A DNA stretch of 63,063 bases, counting the filler, from Pelomyxa schiedti (taxonomy: Eukaryota > Protista > Evosea), in NCBI GenBank assembly GCA_020536535.1. It is 5 parts of 5 records of this genome, joined end to end, with 100 filler letters (N's around TTAATTAATTAA, not from the genome) between each part and the next. Parts side by side here need not be neighbours in the genome. Positions count along the whole stretch, not along the records: positions 28,606 to 53,197 come from JAHLWZ010000585.1; 4 more parts are not named here. One strand, written 5' to 3'. The notes under the pieces were generated by a model. The model did no database searches and was not told the DNA's origin. It saw nothing but the letters and a program-made list of their open reading frames with translations. The translations under genes and the position numbers were made by a program. This document shows positions 35,598-49,698 of this stretch, piece after piece; the stretch's first letter is position 1; each line of letters starts with the position of its first letter.

Positions 35598-38500
35598 TCA
35601 GTGTGTTGAGTGCGTTGTGGTTGTGGTTGTTGTAGTTGTTGTGGTTGTTGTTGGTGTAGTTGTAGATGGGGGTGAGGAGTTTGTTGTTGTGGTTGGTGGG
35701 ATTGTGGATTGCTTTGCACTGGGTGATAGCCGTGATACAACTGTGGCGAAGTCTGGTCTGGCATCAATGTCCTGTGACCAACACTGACCAATCAAATCAC
35801 GTAGATTTTGGGGTGTGGAGTCGGGAATTGGTGGCCTCTCACCTTGGCAGATAGACCGGATTATGTCTGCAAAAGATCATTCATTTGTGAGTCCCGGGTT
35901 GGAGTTGGGGAGAGTGGAAAGAGTACCAAACGTGGAGTGGGTGCCGGAGAAAGGTTCTGTTTGCGTAAGAATGCACCACATCATGATGCCAAATGAGTAA
36001 ACGTCAGATTTGGAGCTATATGATCTCGACATTAGAACTTCGGGGGCAGTGACTGCAAGTCTATTTTTAGTAACAAGTTGAGGCATTTTAATGATTACAA
36101 GCAAGGGTTCCGACGCATTCAGTTTGATGAGATGTCTCCGCTTCGGCTTCAAGCCGTGCTGTTCCAAAGTCACTCAACTTCACGTGCTGCCGTGCATCAG
36201 GTGACAATGTTGCGATTAGTACCTTGAGTATGTTGTTTACTGGGTGGCAGGAGAGAGAAGTAAAACATTAGCAGGCTTTAGATCCCGATGTAAGACTCGA
36301 TTTCTGTAAAGATTAGGGAAGAGTAATTCTGTGCAATAACTCACCTATGCAAAAAACTCATTCCTTGAGCGATTTCACTGCACAGGCACAGCTATGTAAT
36401 GGTAAAAGAAAAGCTTGGGGTTCAATGAAACCTTCATCGACCAGTCAAGTGTGTACTTTGCCAGAATTCCATCCAAATTTCCCATTTCTACCATTTCCTG
36501 GGAGATAGTGAAAGATGCTTTTATTTTGCACCAAAAAGTAAATTACGTACCATGACAATAAAGCAAGACTCTGGAGATAAGCAGTACCCATAAAAGGTTC
36601 TGTTTCAACATGAGAAATCACGAATTTTTGCAAGAATAGAAATACACTGTGTAAGGGGATCTTAGCATAACTGAGATATCTATTTCACGTTCAATGCCTT
36701 CTCTGGCCTTGGTTGCGCCAAAGAACCAAGCTGGAAATGTCTGAAAATCCTACTTAGTCACTGTGGTGGGGGATGGGTAGTACTTTAACAGCTACATCAA
36801 ATCCCCGCCATCTGCATGGTTTTAAATTTACGGAATAAAAGAGATGTTTACTTGGCACGAAAAACCTTGCCTGATGCACCTTCCCCTATTTTATCACCTT
36901 ACCAAGTTAGGTGAGTGCTTGTAAGAAGAATCCCAAATACCAAAAATTATCTCGTCAGCATCCAATCGTGATGACTGCTCCACTCCAGCAGTAACTGGAA
37001 TTATAATTGTAAAAGGAAGATCTACAAAGGAAAACTCAGTAGAAAAAATGAAGCAAAAAGTGAAAACCTGAACAATGTACACGAACCTCAAAAGCCAAAT
37101 CTGAAGTGCATTTCGGTGTCATGTAGAAATGAAAGGTCACCGTTTCACCCTTGTGAATTGAATGTAAGTTTATCAAACAACAGCACAGAAGTTAAAAACC
37201 CGTCTGACAGATTCCATGGTTGGGTCAATCCTGAAACTATACTTGTGTGCACTAGGGGGGCCTTCTAATCTAAACACACGAGAAGAACTACTTGTATTGG
37301 TTATTTGTATTGAATCTTGCGCCTCCTTCTCAATGGCAAGAAGCTTTTCTTGCGTGCCAAAGTTAACTGTTTTCTTTGAGAAGGAGCAACCATACTCATT
37401 GGTCAGCCATGCGTGCTTACTTTTGCAAAGTGAGAAAGAGGGAGGATGGGAGGTGAAGTCACCAAATATCAGAGTGCTTCCATTTCATTGCTTTATATTT
37501 GTACTTCCTCCTGAGACGGTATAACTTCACAGCAAATAGAGTAGATCCCAGAAGGACAACAACAAGAACAACACTGGAGATGATCGTGGGAACTAGAGCT
37601 ATAAAAAGGTTAATGGGGAAAAAAAAAACTGATCTCGTCTTTACCTGCTGAACAATCCAGGGAAATCGGATTGGTTGAGGAGTAAAAAAACTTACATCTA
37701 CAGTCGGAACACCCGTTCCCGCCATCACTTTTAAGTTTAGTAAGAGAAAGAGAACACGTCCCACAACCATTCCTCATAGACATCAATTACGGAGTTATTA
37801 CAATCTTACGATGTAAGAGCAGGTAAAAACAAGATAGAAAAACCTGGTCCACATGATACCATTGGGGGGCTGTACGCAGAGAACCCATCTGAGCAAGTAC
37901 AATCGAAATTACAATGCGCTCCGTTGTCACTTGGTAAGTAAAATTAGGCTGTGTTTTATGGGGAACAGTCATGTCACCATTCTTCTGGAATAACGGCAAT
38001 TCCATCCCCACAGTCTAAAAGAAAATGAATTGTTGAGAGAAACAACAAGAAATTACGGGAGATGCAGTCAATTGCATAGGGTCCAGCGTGCGAAGCATTG
38101 TACCCACTCTTACATTGGCAAGTCTCAGAGCAGCCTAGTCCACCATCACATTCTTCATTCTCATCCACAAAATAATTTCCACATACCCCTATTAGTGAGT
38201 AACCCTAGAAACTACCTGCATAAAAACAAACCGGAGACAACACAAAGGGCTTTTTGAGAGCACACTCTAGTTGCAAGACATGAATTTTCATAAGGGTCAC
38301 AAGTGGCGCAATAGCAATCAGGATCTAGTACCTGAAATATGTTATACTAAAGAAATGTGGCAAGCAAAATACTCCACAGTTGCAGTCACAACCATCACTA
38401 GAATTGTATGAATAGGCATCACAGGTCCACCCAGGAACTGTTTGAACCTCCAGTTTTAGGTTTTATGGCACGTAAGTCTACATACTGATGCAAAGTGAGT

Positions 38501-40179
38501 CGCGACAAACTTCAGAGGTAGAACAGTTTACTGAAGCTGCTTCCATCCCACAAGCAGGATCGGACATACCACACTTGCAATTGCATTCTTGGTCAAAATA
38601 ACTTTCATTACTACAAATCCAGGGAACTGGGGCTTAAGGAAAAGTTAGCAGTCTTTAGGAATTGATATTGGTACCGTGGCACTGCCCAATGTTGGTGCAA
38701 GACCACAGGTTATCAGCCGGGCATCCATACACTGGTTGGTCAAAGTAAAGGCCTTTTTGGACAAATAAGCCAGAATTTGAAAGGAGTACTTACAATCTGG
38801 ATCAGCAGTCCCACAGAAATCGTCTCCACACTGACACCCATTGCCACTCCCATAGTTGCATCGGCTGCAGTTGGCTGGAACCTCTGAATTGAGATGCAAA
38901 TATTAGTGTCAAATGAGCTTTTGTTTCTTTGAAGGCACCTACGCAGCTCCCATTGAAAATACAAGTATGGTCTAATGAAGCTTCACATCCAACTACCTGC
39001 ATCCAAGTAACACAGCATGCCATAAAAATGAATGGCTAGCTAGACATACAGGTAAGCGGCGGTCATAGCAATCCAAGTCATATATTCCACACCCACAATT
39101 ACACTCTGAACCATTGTTCCACGAGTATGCAGGGCATGTCCACATAGGAGGAATAAGTGTAGGCTCTAAATGAACAGTTTACAGGGAAACAAAGATGAAA
39201 TAGGTGAAACCATAGTGACCCAGATACCCCAGAATCATCCTACGTGCAACTAGACCATCAGAGGTGTGCCTGAGGTACATCTGAGACCACGGATCTGAAC
39301 TTTGGACCCGGTAATAAGCAGTCTGTGGGTCAGTTGAAGGTGATACGTCAGCCGCAGCATAGAGAGAGTGAGGCACGGCGGAATCACATATTGAAAAGGA
39401 GTATCCAATGAAAATAGTATTGTCCCATGAAACTGTTCATAACATTAGGCTCTGATTCCGAGAAGGCAGTAAGTAACCCACTGAAATTATCCTGTGTTAC
39501 ATTCACTGCCTCCCACGCAAAATTGCCAAATCGACTCCACGAAATGGATTTGACGGACAGTGGTGTGTGAGCTGGAACACCAGATTGGTCTTGGTAAAGC
39601 CGAAGTTCCACTGGAATAGTGAAAGATGCGTTGTAGTTTTGCACATAAATATAAAAGCATATCTGCAAGAAAAACTCAACACTCTAATTCCCAAGCGGGG
39701 AAGAAAAAAAAAAAAAAAAAAACCAAAGACATGCATGCTACCTCATCAAATTTCCAAGGAGCCTGTGGCACCTGGTACAATTGCACCCACTCCCCACGTG
39801 ATCCAGAGCAACCAACCGGCAAATCACAGCAGTAAGTGTCAAGCCCAACGTGCGAGGGTATGACACTCACGCAACGAGTCCCATCAAAGTCTAATTTCAG
39901 CTTCTCTCGTTTGAAGCTGTCCTCCTTTGGGTCAATGTCAACAACATCATCATCGTCATCATGATGATAATTATCTCTGCTATGATGCGCTTTATCATTG
40001 TCGTTGTTGTTTGTGTCAACAAAAAGCTTCATTCCCACAATTCCACCGTGGGGTGCGCCGCCGCTCCCGGAAACATCCCAAGGAAGTGTGTCTTGGGCAC
40101 ACACCAACGAGTACGCTGCCATTACGGCAGCTACGGCAACCCACAATGACACGCGCCTGCCATCGCCTAGGCCGCTCAT
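35598..40179 (-). CDS. Single-pass transmembrane receptor kinase (TKL group, Cys-rich ectodomain; Entamoeba TMK-like layout)
   Basis: Signal peptide VSLWVAVAAVMAAYSLVCA; Cys-rich repeats (EECDGGLGC); TM segment LVPTIISSVVLVVVLLGSTLFAV; kinase motifs IGEGASGKVF, VAVK, HRDLKPANV, DFG, APE, SDVYSFGIMMW and ARPDF. Confidence 0.92.
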
Positions 40180-40416
40180 CTAGTTCCCGTTTCACCAGAT
40201 ATTCTCAGCCAAATGGGGCCTGGATTCCACCCAAGGCACGTCAGTGGAATTTGGGAGATTGGGGTCTGCTCCGTTGCTGGTGAGTTGGAGAAGTTGGCTT
40301 GTGAGCTCAGTGCTCAGAGTGTTTTATGTGACGTTAGATGCTCATAACTCGTTGTTTTAGGAATTTCAAATTTATTCGGGCATCAGGACAATTAGTACGA
40401 AGATAAAACCGACACG

Positions 40417-43400
40417 ATGAGCAGCGAAGTGGTGTCATTGAGTTTATCTCCCGCCGAACAAAGTACTCACGTGAAATGTCCCACAATTTTGTTTTGTTGC
40501 ACACAACACACCTTATGGATACCGCGGGCGAGGCCCCAGCACTTGTAAATATTAGTGTCATTCTCAACTACAATTCAATGACTTTTTTCCAATTTTTTGG
40601 TTTTTTTTTTTTAACCTTCACTGTAGAGGTTGTGGAGGGTATCACTCAAAAAAAAGAAGAGGCCAAGTTAGCAATCAAGACAATTTTGACGCTGTCTACT
40701 CAGAAGAAGGAAATACCAATGTTGTTTGTAGTGGGCTCCAGGAGGTTTTTCATGATGAAACCAAATGGAAAGGTGTGAGTTCCTCTCATGTCACAATTCT
40801 TCTGAGCGGGATATTCTCGTGAAGGGTGTAATTGAAGCCCATTTCATGGACTTACTGGAAGTTGTTAGTACAGCTCCAGATGAGGTTTGTCCTTTTCAGT
40901 TATTTAGTTTTCCCTCACAATTTTCCTAGTTGGTGATGAAATTTCGAACGTTCACTGTAAAAATGAATCTCCCTGCACCCACCAACAAGGTTCCAGAAAT
41001 TCTGGCCCTTTTGTGGTGTATGTTTTATACGACTTTCCCTGCTCCAGAAGCTGTTGCAATGTTTACTGCCAAGTTTACACTTCCTCCAGAGAGGTACTTT
41101 GATGGTCACAAATGTATTACTCATTCTTCTTAGATTAGAGCAAGTGAAGGCACTTGGTATGAAAACAATCTAAACAGGGGAGGGGCCTTCAACTTATCTT
41201 AAAATTGGATGTAGCCCAAGTTCCAGCACCTGGTCCTTGTGGAAGCTTTTCAACTGCATACCACACTATGTGCGACTGGCTTGGCATACCAGTAGTTGCT
41301 GAGGTAGGGTCTAACTTTTTGCGTGATCTTACTTGATTCAGTTGACATGGGACATGGATAACTTGTATTCAAGAACTGGGTTCAAGGATTTTGATGTTAA
41401 CGCTTTCAGAAGAGGTTTCCGAAAACAGCATCTCTAGAAATGCTTACTTTCCATAAGAAAGTATATCCCTCAATGACATCAAGCCTCTGACTTGTGCTCT
41501 CCAATACAATAATTGGTTTACCACACTTAATTTGAAGGACTTCCAACTCAATAGAGATGGTGTCGTTGCTGTAGCGTCAGTACTACGGTGAGTTGGGGCA
41601 CTGTGAGAAAGAGATCTTATCTTTTTTGCAGACTAAATAGGCATATTACCAAGCTCGTGGTCTCTGGATGTGGTATCAGCAAAGAAACAGTTGAATTTTT
41701 GTTGGAGGCTCTTGTTGCCAATAAGTCCAGTGCACTCACGTACCTTGACCTAAGTTCAAATCCTCTTGAAGTACACCCCATCTGAATATTATCAATTAAT
41801 ATCTTTTCCTAGGACAAAGGACTGAGCTCCTTTGGAACGTCTGTAGCACAGATGAAAATCGCACTCAACCATCTTGACATATCAAACTGTGGAGGTAAGC
41901 TCCTACAATTCCTTCACTGGGCTAACCTCATATCCAGGAGGTCGTCAGGGTACCTCCACAGCACTAGAAGGATTAACTAGCAACATTGGAATTGTGTCAT
42001 CTCTCACTTATCTCAATCTCTCGAACAACAAGTTAACACTCCTTTTTGTTTTCCTTGAGTGAAGCCCACACACAACAGTCTGTTTGTAGAAGGTAGCGCT
42101 GCTCTGGCGAAATTCATTGGTACTGCAACCGCCCTTACCACCTTAAATGTCTCTGGCTCTAGCCCCGCTTATGATATTATGAAACTATCACGGTCACAGT
42201 CTCTAAGGTTTCAGAGTATCATCAGTATTTCCTTACGAGAGTCATTAGAGAATTGGATGCTTCGAATTTCCATCTCTTCACAGGCAAGACTGATACCTGT
42301 GGGAAATTTTCTGCTTTCCTTAAATGCTGTGAGAGAATAGAAATCGTTTCTCTTGCCAAGTGTCAAATCAACTTAGAGACCCTTCAGGTATTTCCTTTTG
42401 AACCTAATGGAACTTCTCACTTCATTTAGGCCCTAACAACACCAGATAGCAAAATTATGTCTCTCACCTCTCTGAATCTAAGTGAAAATGATTTCGGAGA
42501 AGATGGGGTATGGACTTTTTCCTCTATCCTTTCAACACCCATTGCTCTCTAGATTATACATTTGTGTGAGGTCTTTTCTTCTCATCCTGCTTTGTCACAT
42601 CTGTCTATCAGTAAGAACTTTTCTAAGAGGTAGGAGACTTGACTTGTTGTAGTTAGTCTCACTCTTTAAAGAACCAAAGTACGTGGTAGAATGATGACAA
42701 GCCTCATTCAGCTTATCGAATCAGACTGCCCATTAACAAGTCTGGAACTGGAGGGGAACGCTAGGGGACCTCTCCGTGGTGACTTGGTTCCATTCTTGTT
42801 TTCGCTGATACCAAACAAAACTCTTACCCACTTGAATATCAGGTGATCTTAGTCAATTTTGTCTGATATTTCCTCACTTTCCAACAGTGGAAATGGTGTT
42901 GGAGATGCCTGTGCGGCGATCCTAGGCAGAGTTCTTCAAGCTAATAATACATTGAAGTCACTTCAGTGGGACGATAACCTGACTACCACAAAGGGGTTCC
43001 AGTACTTTGCCAGAGGATTAGCAAGGTTTGCCCGCCATTTCTTTGTACAGTATTAAGTTACCTTAATAGCAACGCCACCTTGAGTTTGGCACCCCAGCCC
43101 GCTCTGGACGTATCAAAAGAAATAGCCCAGATACAGCCAAATTATCAGGTGCGTGGATACAGATTGCCCGAAAAACTCACGATTGGGCTATGTAGTTATT
43201 GTTAGACACACTCGCCGAAATAGCACTCTATCTTTCCCGAAATTCAGGAGGCGGAATTCCGCAACCAGAGGCACGCCCTGCCGAAACCAGCGGTACTTTC
43301 CAAAACGAACTCTCTTCGCACTCTGACGTCTTGCAACTGCAGCCGCAAGGCCCAAAAAGGTGCTTGTCAAAAAACCAAAACCACTCGGGATAGACACGCT

Positions 43401-43640
43401 ATCCGCTTCCAAGCTATTCACCCAGCTCGAAGAATGTATATGCTTTCCCTCCAAACAAAATCACTCCCATGACAACCAACCACAGTTATGTCCGACGGCG
43501 ACGGCCTGCCCCCGATGATATCTGCTTCCGCTAACACCAGCACCACCACGTCGTCATCATCAACAACATCAACAGCTGCCAATCCTGCAGTGGCGCCCTT
43601 GGTCTCCCCCCCAGCCGCTCGACCTCGCAAAGGCCACTGA
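40417..43640 (+). CDS. CARMIL-like protein (PH-like domain plus leucine-rich repeats)
   Basis: CARMIL linker signature PGPCGSFSTAYHTMCDWLG...TWDMDNLY; ALQYNNWFTTL; many RI-like LRRs (LTYLDLSSNPLED, LNISGNGVGD, LQWDDNLTT). Confidence 0.85.
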
Positions 43641-43881
43641 GGCGCCGCTGCCACCACCAATCAATCAAATCTGGTGGCGCGAGTGATGAAAGTGCCCTTT
43701 CGGCGAAACCATTGGAAAAAGGGAAAAAACCCCAGCAAAATCTTCTCACACCTCCTCTCCGTCAGAACCCGAACGGAGGGTACCTTTTTTTTTTCCTGGT
43801 AGACGACCAAGCAAAAGGGGCGGTGATACATACCGTGGGCATTGTGGGAGAGTAAGCGCTTAAGGGTCGATCGATAGATAT

Positions 43882-44017
43882 ATGCCACGACGAGGGCGAG
43901 TGATTTCGTTCCTGCCGCCGGGGATACCGCGGTCCAGGCTGATGCCCGCCTTGGTGTTGGTAATGGCCGACTCGTGCATGACTGCTTGTATACAAACAAC
44001 TGCTGGCTTCATGGTTT

Positions 44018-44081
<64 letters not shown>

Positions 44082-46381
44082 NNNNNNNNNNNNNNNNNNN
44101 NNNNNNNNNNNNNNNNNNNNNNNNNNNNNNNNNNNNNNNNNNNNNNNNNNNNNNNNNNNNNNNNNNNNNNNNNNNNNNNNNTCCGCCTCCTGAATTTCGG
44201 GAAAGATAGAGTGCTATTTCGGCGAGTGTGTCTAACAATAACTACATAGCCCAATCGTGAGTTTTTCGGGCAATCTGTATCCACGCACCTGATAATTTGG
44301 CTTTTTTGTGTGGGTGTTTGATAGGTACTGGATTTTGTAACCCCAGGTTTTTTTTCCCCCGTGTTTGGCTGAAAGTTGTTATATGTTGGTAACGTTGTGC
44401 CAGACCCTAATAGAGTTGGATTTTACACTGGCATTATGTGCTTTTCTTTCTATATAATGCAGGTGGTTTCACATTGACAAGATTGTTTTGTACTAAGTGG
44501 CCACAGGCCTTAAGTTCCCTTATAGTTGGATGGGCCTCTGATTACTTTGGAAGGCGCCCAGTGCTCCTTGTAGGAGTTATTGGAAGCCTTGTTACCTCAA
44601 CTTGTTTGTGCTTTACATTCAACTTCTGGTATATGGTTTTTGTCAAGGCATTGAATGGCCTTTTCTACATGTCTGTAACAGACTTTTTTTTTAAAAAAAA
44701 ACCTTACACACAAACAGATACCAAGGTGTTTTGAAGGTAATTCAACAAAGTGAACAAAAGTGGTAGAATAATGTATTTGACTTTAGGCTTACATGGGAGA
44801 CCTTTCAGATTCCAGTAACAGACCCAAGGTGTTCTCCACTTATTGCCTGTGGTCAGGAATGGGGTCCATAATTGGCAGTCTTGTAGCTGGCTTCACTGCA
44901 CGGCCTGCTGTACAGTGAGTTTTCTTGTGCTCCCTTGTGCTTTATTCAACCTTTTTGTCATGGCTTCCTCTCATATTTCCCTTTCTTTCCTTCCCAAAAC
45001 TTGTTTATGTGAGGATACCCAGACAAAATCGACCAGCACGGCTTCTTTGCATACTTTCCCTACTTTATCCCTAATGTGTTCTGTGCTGCACTTTGTCTTC
45101 TTGGGCTCCTTTTGGGCTATTTCTTCCTGGAAGACAAAGCAGTTCAAACTCCACAACCAATAGAGCTTCAGAACTTAACTTCTGGTACGGAAGTAAACCA
45201 AAAAACATTTCTCATTTGCACTGTCATAGATTTTGAGCTGTCAAATGATCTTGACAGTGAATTATCAAAAGAGTTCACTTCAGACAGCATAAAGAGCGAA
45301 CCACTCGTTCGACCCAGTACCGTTTCTCTGATAAAAATATATGCACTTCCCATAGTATTATGCGTGATATATGCTTTCACTGGCTTAGTCACAATATGCT
45401 TTCGCACAATTGTTCCCGTACTTATTCCACTGGGCGATGTGGGATGGCGCTAGGGGCATATTCTAATACTAATATAGGTCTGGGCAATGGCAGATGTTGA
45501 TGTTGGTGGTTTGGGATTTGATTCCACTCAAGTGGGGTTAATGAATGCCATTGGAGGTGTTGTGGTATGTCACAGTAATCGTTGAATGCGTTTAACCTCG
45601 TTCACTACAAGGTTCCTATCATACACATCATCATGTATAATCCTACTGTGAACAAATTGAAGTAAGTGCAACAAAAGGGAACACGCTTAACACTGACCAA
45701 GGTTGTTGTGCACTTTCCGCATAGGCATTATCTTGTGTGCACCTGCCTTTATCCTTACACCACCTCTGAGGCGGTTAGTGCCATTGGATACTAAAGCGGC
45801 ACTTTGGGTAGCCATAGCTGGACTAGTTTTCTTGCAGCAGTTTGCCATGCAATATAGTCTCACGCCTATCCTTACTATGATTACCAACAGCGTTTCCAAT
45901 AGTACCTTTCAAATCCCACCACTTAAACACTTACACAACACAGACAAAATGGGCAAAGCTAATGGCATCGGTCAATGCCTTGGGTGCATTGGAGAAGCAG
46001 TCGGGCCTGCATTGCTGTCACCCCTCCTTGGTATATATCTATCTTCAGCTCCACTAAATTCCACAAATTCAAAATCAAATCCGAAGCACACTAACTCCTC
46101 TCCTTCTTTTTGAAGCTTGGAGCTTTGAGGGAAGCAGGAAGATGGACTCCATATTTGTGTTTGCCATTCTTGCCGGAGCATCACTTCTAATTGTGGTGCC
46201 GACAGTAAAAATACCCTCAACCATCAACTTCCCAATGTGCAACCGTGCACTGCACTCACCCACACCACCCCCAAGTATAGCCATTGGAACAATTCCGAAT
46301 GATTCTGCTGCTTATGATGACAAGGAAACTTCCATATTTGAGGACTCCTTGGATAACACCACTTTCCCCCCCTCTGAGTGA
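43882..46381 (+). CDS. MFS transporter (ZIFL/DHA1-like)
   Basis: VGFYTG; motif A GWASDYFGRRPVLL; GGLGF; MGKANGIGQ...VGP; multiple TM helices. The first intron spans poly-T and an N-gap. Confidence 0.88.
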
Positions 46382-46536
46382 TGAGGACAGTTGGATTTAA
46401 CCCAAATAGCCCCAACAACTAAGAAGCACTTGATTGTACATCACCCACTTTTTCCTGTTCCCCAGTTTCCCCGTCCTCCACCAAAAACTTTTGATCTGCT
46501 ACGAAACGGGCCTCAATTTCGTACCCCGAGTGGCAA

Positions 46537-49425
46537 ATGTCACGAAAACGCGATGGGGAGTCCGGTGAGTACACCACTCCGTGGTTCAGCCCCCCTCCCA
46601 CAATCGCGCAGGCGCCGCCCGCTTTCCATTTCATGTTACCTGCTACTTTTACTGTGCCGAGTCCCGCTTTTTCGGCCCCAGCCCTTTCGTCGACGACGAG
46701 CCCAGTCCCACTTCCCACAATCCCTGTGGTGCAACCCGGTGGTTCGGTGACTTACACCCCGCCCGTGACAATGACGCCGCCGCGTGCTCCGACGTCACTC
46801 ACCGCATCACCGAATGGCATCCCCACGAAGCCGGCAACTACAACATCGCCGAATCTGGTATCTGGTGCCCAGTGGCTCAGTGGAACCTCACAGCAATCTA
46901 ATATCTTTGGGACTTGGTCACAAACAACTGCTGCTAAAAGCACCACCCCTGCCACTGCTGTTTTTACCCCTGCTTGTTATGCTATTTCTAATGCCAGTTC
47001 TGCTTCCAACAGTTTGGCATTGCCATTGCGCAGAAGTCGTGGCGGCTACCTTTTTCCACCAAATGCAACTGAACCAGTGCAACCAATTATGATGTTTGGC
47101 TCACAAAAACAGACACCACCCATACTCCCTGCCTTTGGGGAGGCACAACCAGCACAGTCAGGTTCCCTCTTTGGCTCACAACCTCCGTTATTTGGTTCAC
47201 AACCTTCACAACCACAAACATCCATTTTTGGCAAAGAACATGGTCCAACTGCTTCACTACTTCTTACAACATTGCCACCCTCCACCTCACCCCCACCGCC
47301 CCCTCTTTTTTGCCCTCCATTTAAATATGTGGCACCTTGTAGACTTGTGAGTGAAACCGCCGTATCTCCGCCATCCTTCCACCCGTGGTTTGATGGAGAC
47401 ATGGCTATACATACTTTTACTGCAGCTCCTGAATTTTCGCACTCTTCTTTAGAAGAACATAGATGGAACCACATGAACCAAAGAGGCAATGTACTTCCTG
47501 TATTTATTGGTGGAGGAATGTCAAGTCCAACACTGCAAGTTGATTTACAGCCCAAGTTGGACATTCCACTATCCGAGCTAATTGATGAAATCCGTTTACT
47601 TGAGTGTCGTGCTGAGGTTGTGTGTAAGCTGTTTTCATGGGACCTACTGTTCAAGTTGCACTCAAGTTGGTTGGAGGGGCCTGATACTTCTAATGTACAT
47701 AACTTATAAAAATTACTTCTAAGTTTCCTACAATAGGACAACTCTGCATTGTGCCCAAAGGGAGAACTTGCCGTCAAAGTATGTGAAATGGTGGCAGCGG
47801 GCATAAAACCCAAATATGTGCAAGAATGTTTAATGCAATCTCCTGCCCCATCATGGGAACTAACTCGCGGTCTCACAACTGCTACAAAGCACGGCTACAT
47901 ATTCACGGTAATGCGTCTACTGAAAAATTGTAAATGGACCTCCGTTGATGGCACAGAGGCTCTAACACAAGCGGTATTGCACAAAAGGTGGGATATCTTT
48001 GAAGCCATTGCATCCTCTTCAGCATCATTCAATATGGCCGAACTCTTGTTGGGATGTGCTGATTCACCAGAGGCACTGGACTTTCTGCTGAAAAACCCGA
48101 AGTTTGTTTCTCCTGAAGTGATACAAGCCCTTGCAGCTGCACGACCAGACCTTATTAGCACCATTATGAAGTATCCCAGTTGCCATAATTCATGCTTACG
48201 GGGCATAGCTTGCCGTAGTAACATTTCCACTTTGTTTGATACATGTTTGCCACTTCTTGGGAATGAAGACGATATCGCCGAAGCTTCTAATTCCAAAGAA
48301 TCTGAACAAAATGCAATTACCACCGGCAACGTACTAGTGGAATGCTTGGGTGTGGCAGTATCAAGGGGAATTGCTTCCACCGTGGAACTCATCTCATCTA
48401 AGTTATCGTCATTTCCAAGCAAACACCCATTTGCATACACTGAATTGCTATCATCAATTGAGAGTGTCTATAAAGCTGCATGCTCTCAACACCCTGAATT
48501 CACACCGATTCTTGCTTGTATTCTCCCATTGCCTAGAGTTTTTCCTATTTCCATTGGGAATCTGGTGAATAACCTGGAAGATCGTCTTGCCTCAATTGTA
48601 TCTTCCTTGTTGCATCACTACAATTTGCCTAGACTACCAAGTGATAGTTTACCAGTATCCCTTCTTCTCCAAGCAATTGACATTGGTTCCCCACAATTAC
48701 TACAAATGCTTTTAGACCTGGGAGTTCCACCTAATGATCCACTCAAGATTGATTGCCCTCTTTTATATTTAATGCATAGTAAAAACAGCGGCATCCCTGC
48801 ACTGTACTACACTCTCCTACACCGTGGTGCCAAATTTCACCCAAAAAACAAATACTACTCTGCCGCTGGAGTGGCGAACCTGTTGCCGGAACCTCAGAAC
48901 GTGTTCTTCTACTATGCAACAAACAGCCTTAGTCTAACACCTGAAGTTGCTGAGGTTTTAGCACACTACTATGATCCCTTTGAATGCCGGCCTAGCGATA
49001 GCATGAATCCCATCGATTGTGCTCTCTTATTCTGGCATGAAGTATTTGGGCCAACGGCCAACTTTTTACTAGCAATCACTGGCGCTGGCTTTGATGCACA
49101 ACTAATAAATACTATGAAAGCTGTTATCCTCATGCACAAATGCCCCAGTGGAGGAACCAAGGATTTCATTTCCGCTTACCGGGTACAGACTCACATTTCT
49201 TATCTCTCTACAATTTCACATATCCTACAGAGAGCAGGGCAAGTCAAGTTCTTAGCTTTTTTGTGTGGCCGGACAATGCAGAAACCACCAGGATATCTGC
49301 ATCAAATACCCCTTGATGTTTGGCAGCAAATCCACGACGCCCTCAAAACCACCTACAAACAAGATAAGGACTTGGCCCTTATCATCTCGCAATGCCCACG
49401 GGACTCTGTAGCAACAAACTTTTAA
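46537..49425 (+). CDS. Protein with FG-like repeats, a Nup98 GLEBS-like motif and an ankyrin-like helical C-terminal half
   Basis: Two ORFs are joined in frame by a 42-nt GT-AG intron at 47695-47736. Motifs: SLFG/PLFG/SIFG; IHTFTAAPEFSHSSLEEHRW; ankyrin-like LLQAIDIGSPQLLQMLLDLGVPPN and LLHRGA. Confidence 0.7.
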
Positions 49426-49698
49426 ATCCTTTCCCCTACTTACTGTCCCTGCGGCGACAACTTCATTAGTTTCTGTGGGTTGTTGTATTTTGTTGTGGAC
49501 CAAGAGACCCCGATATAAGGTGAAAGGTGTCCAAGGCGCTGGAATAAAGCTCTAGTCCCAAAACATTTTACCGGGTTTCCTTGACTGATTGGCTTTTTCT
49601 TCTCGCTGAATTCCATTTCAAAGTGAAGCCGTGCCAAGCCAAACGAACATATTCAGTTGTAGATTTTTGCCTATGCATTTGTTTTTTTCGAGTTATTC

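Noticed and set aside
44019-44081. Poly-T as a retroelement tail
   Set aside because: It begins just after a GT donor of the MFS gene and ends at a gap. No element body or target-site duplication is visible.
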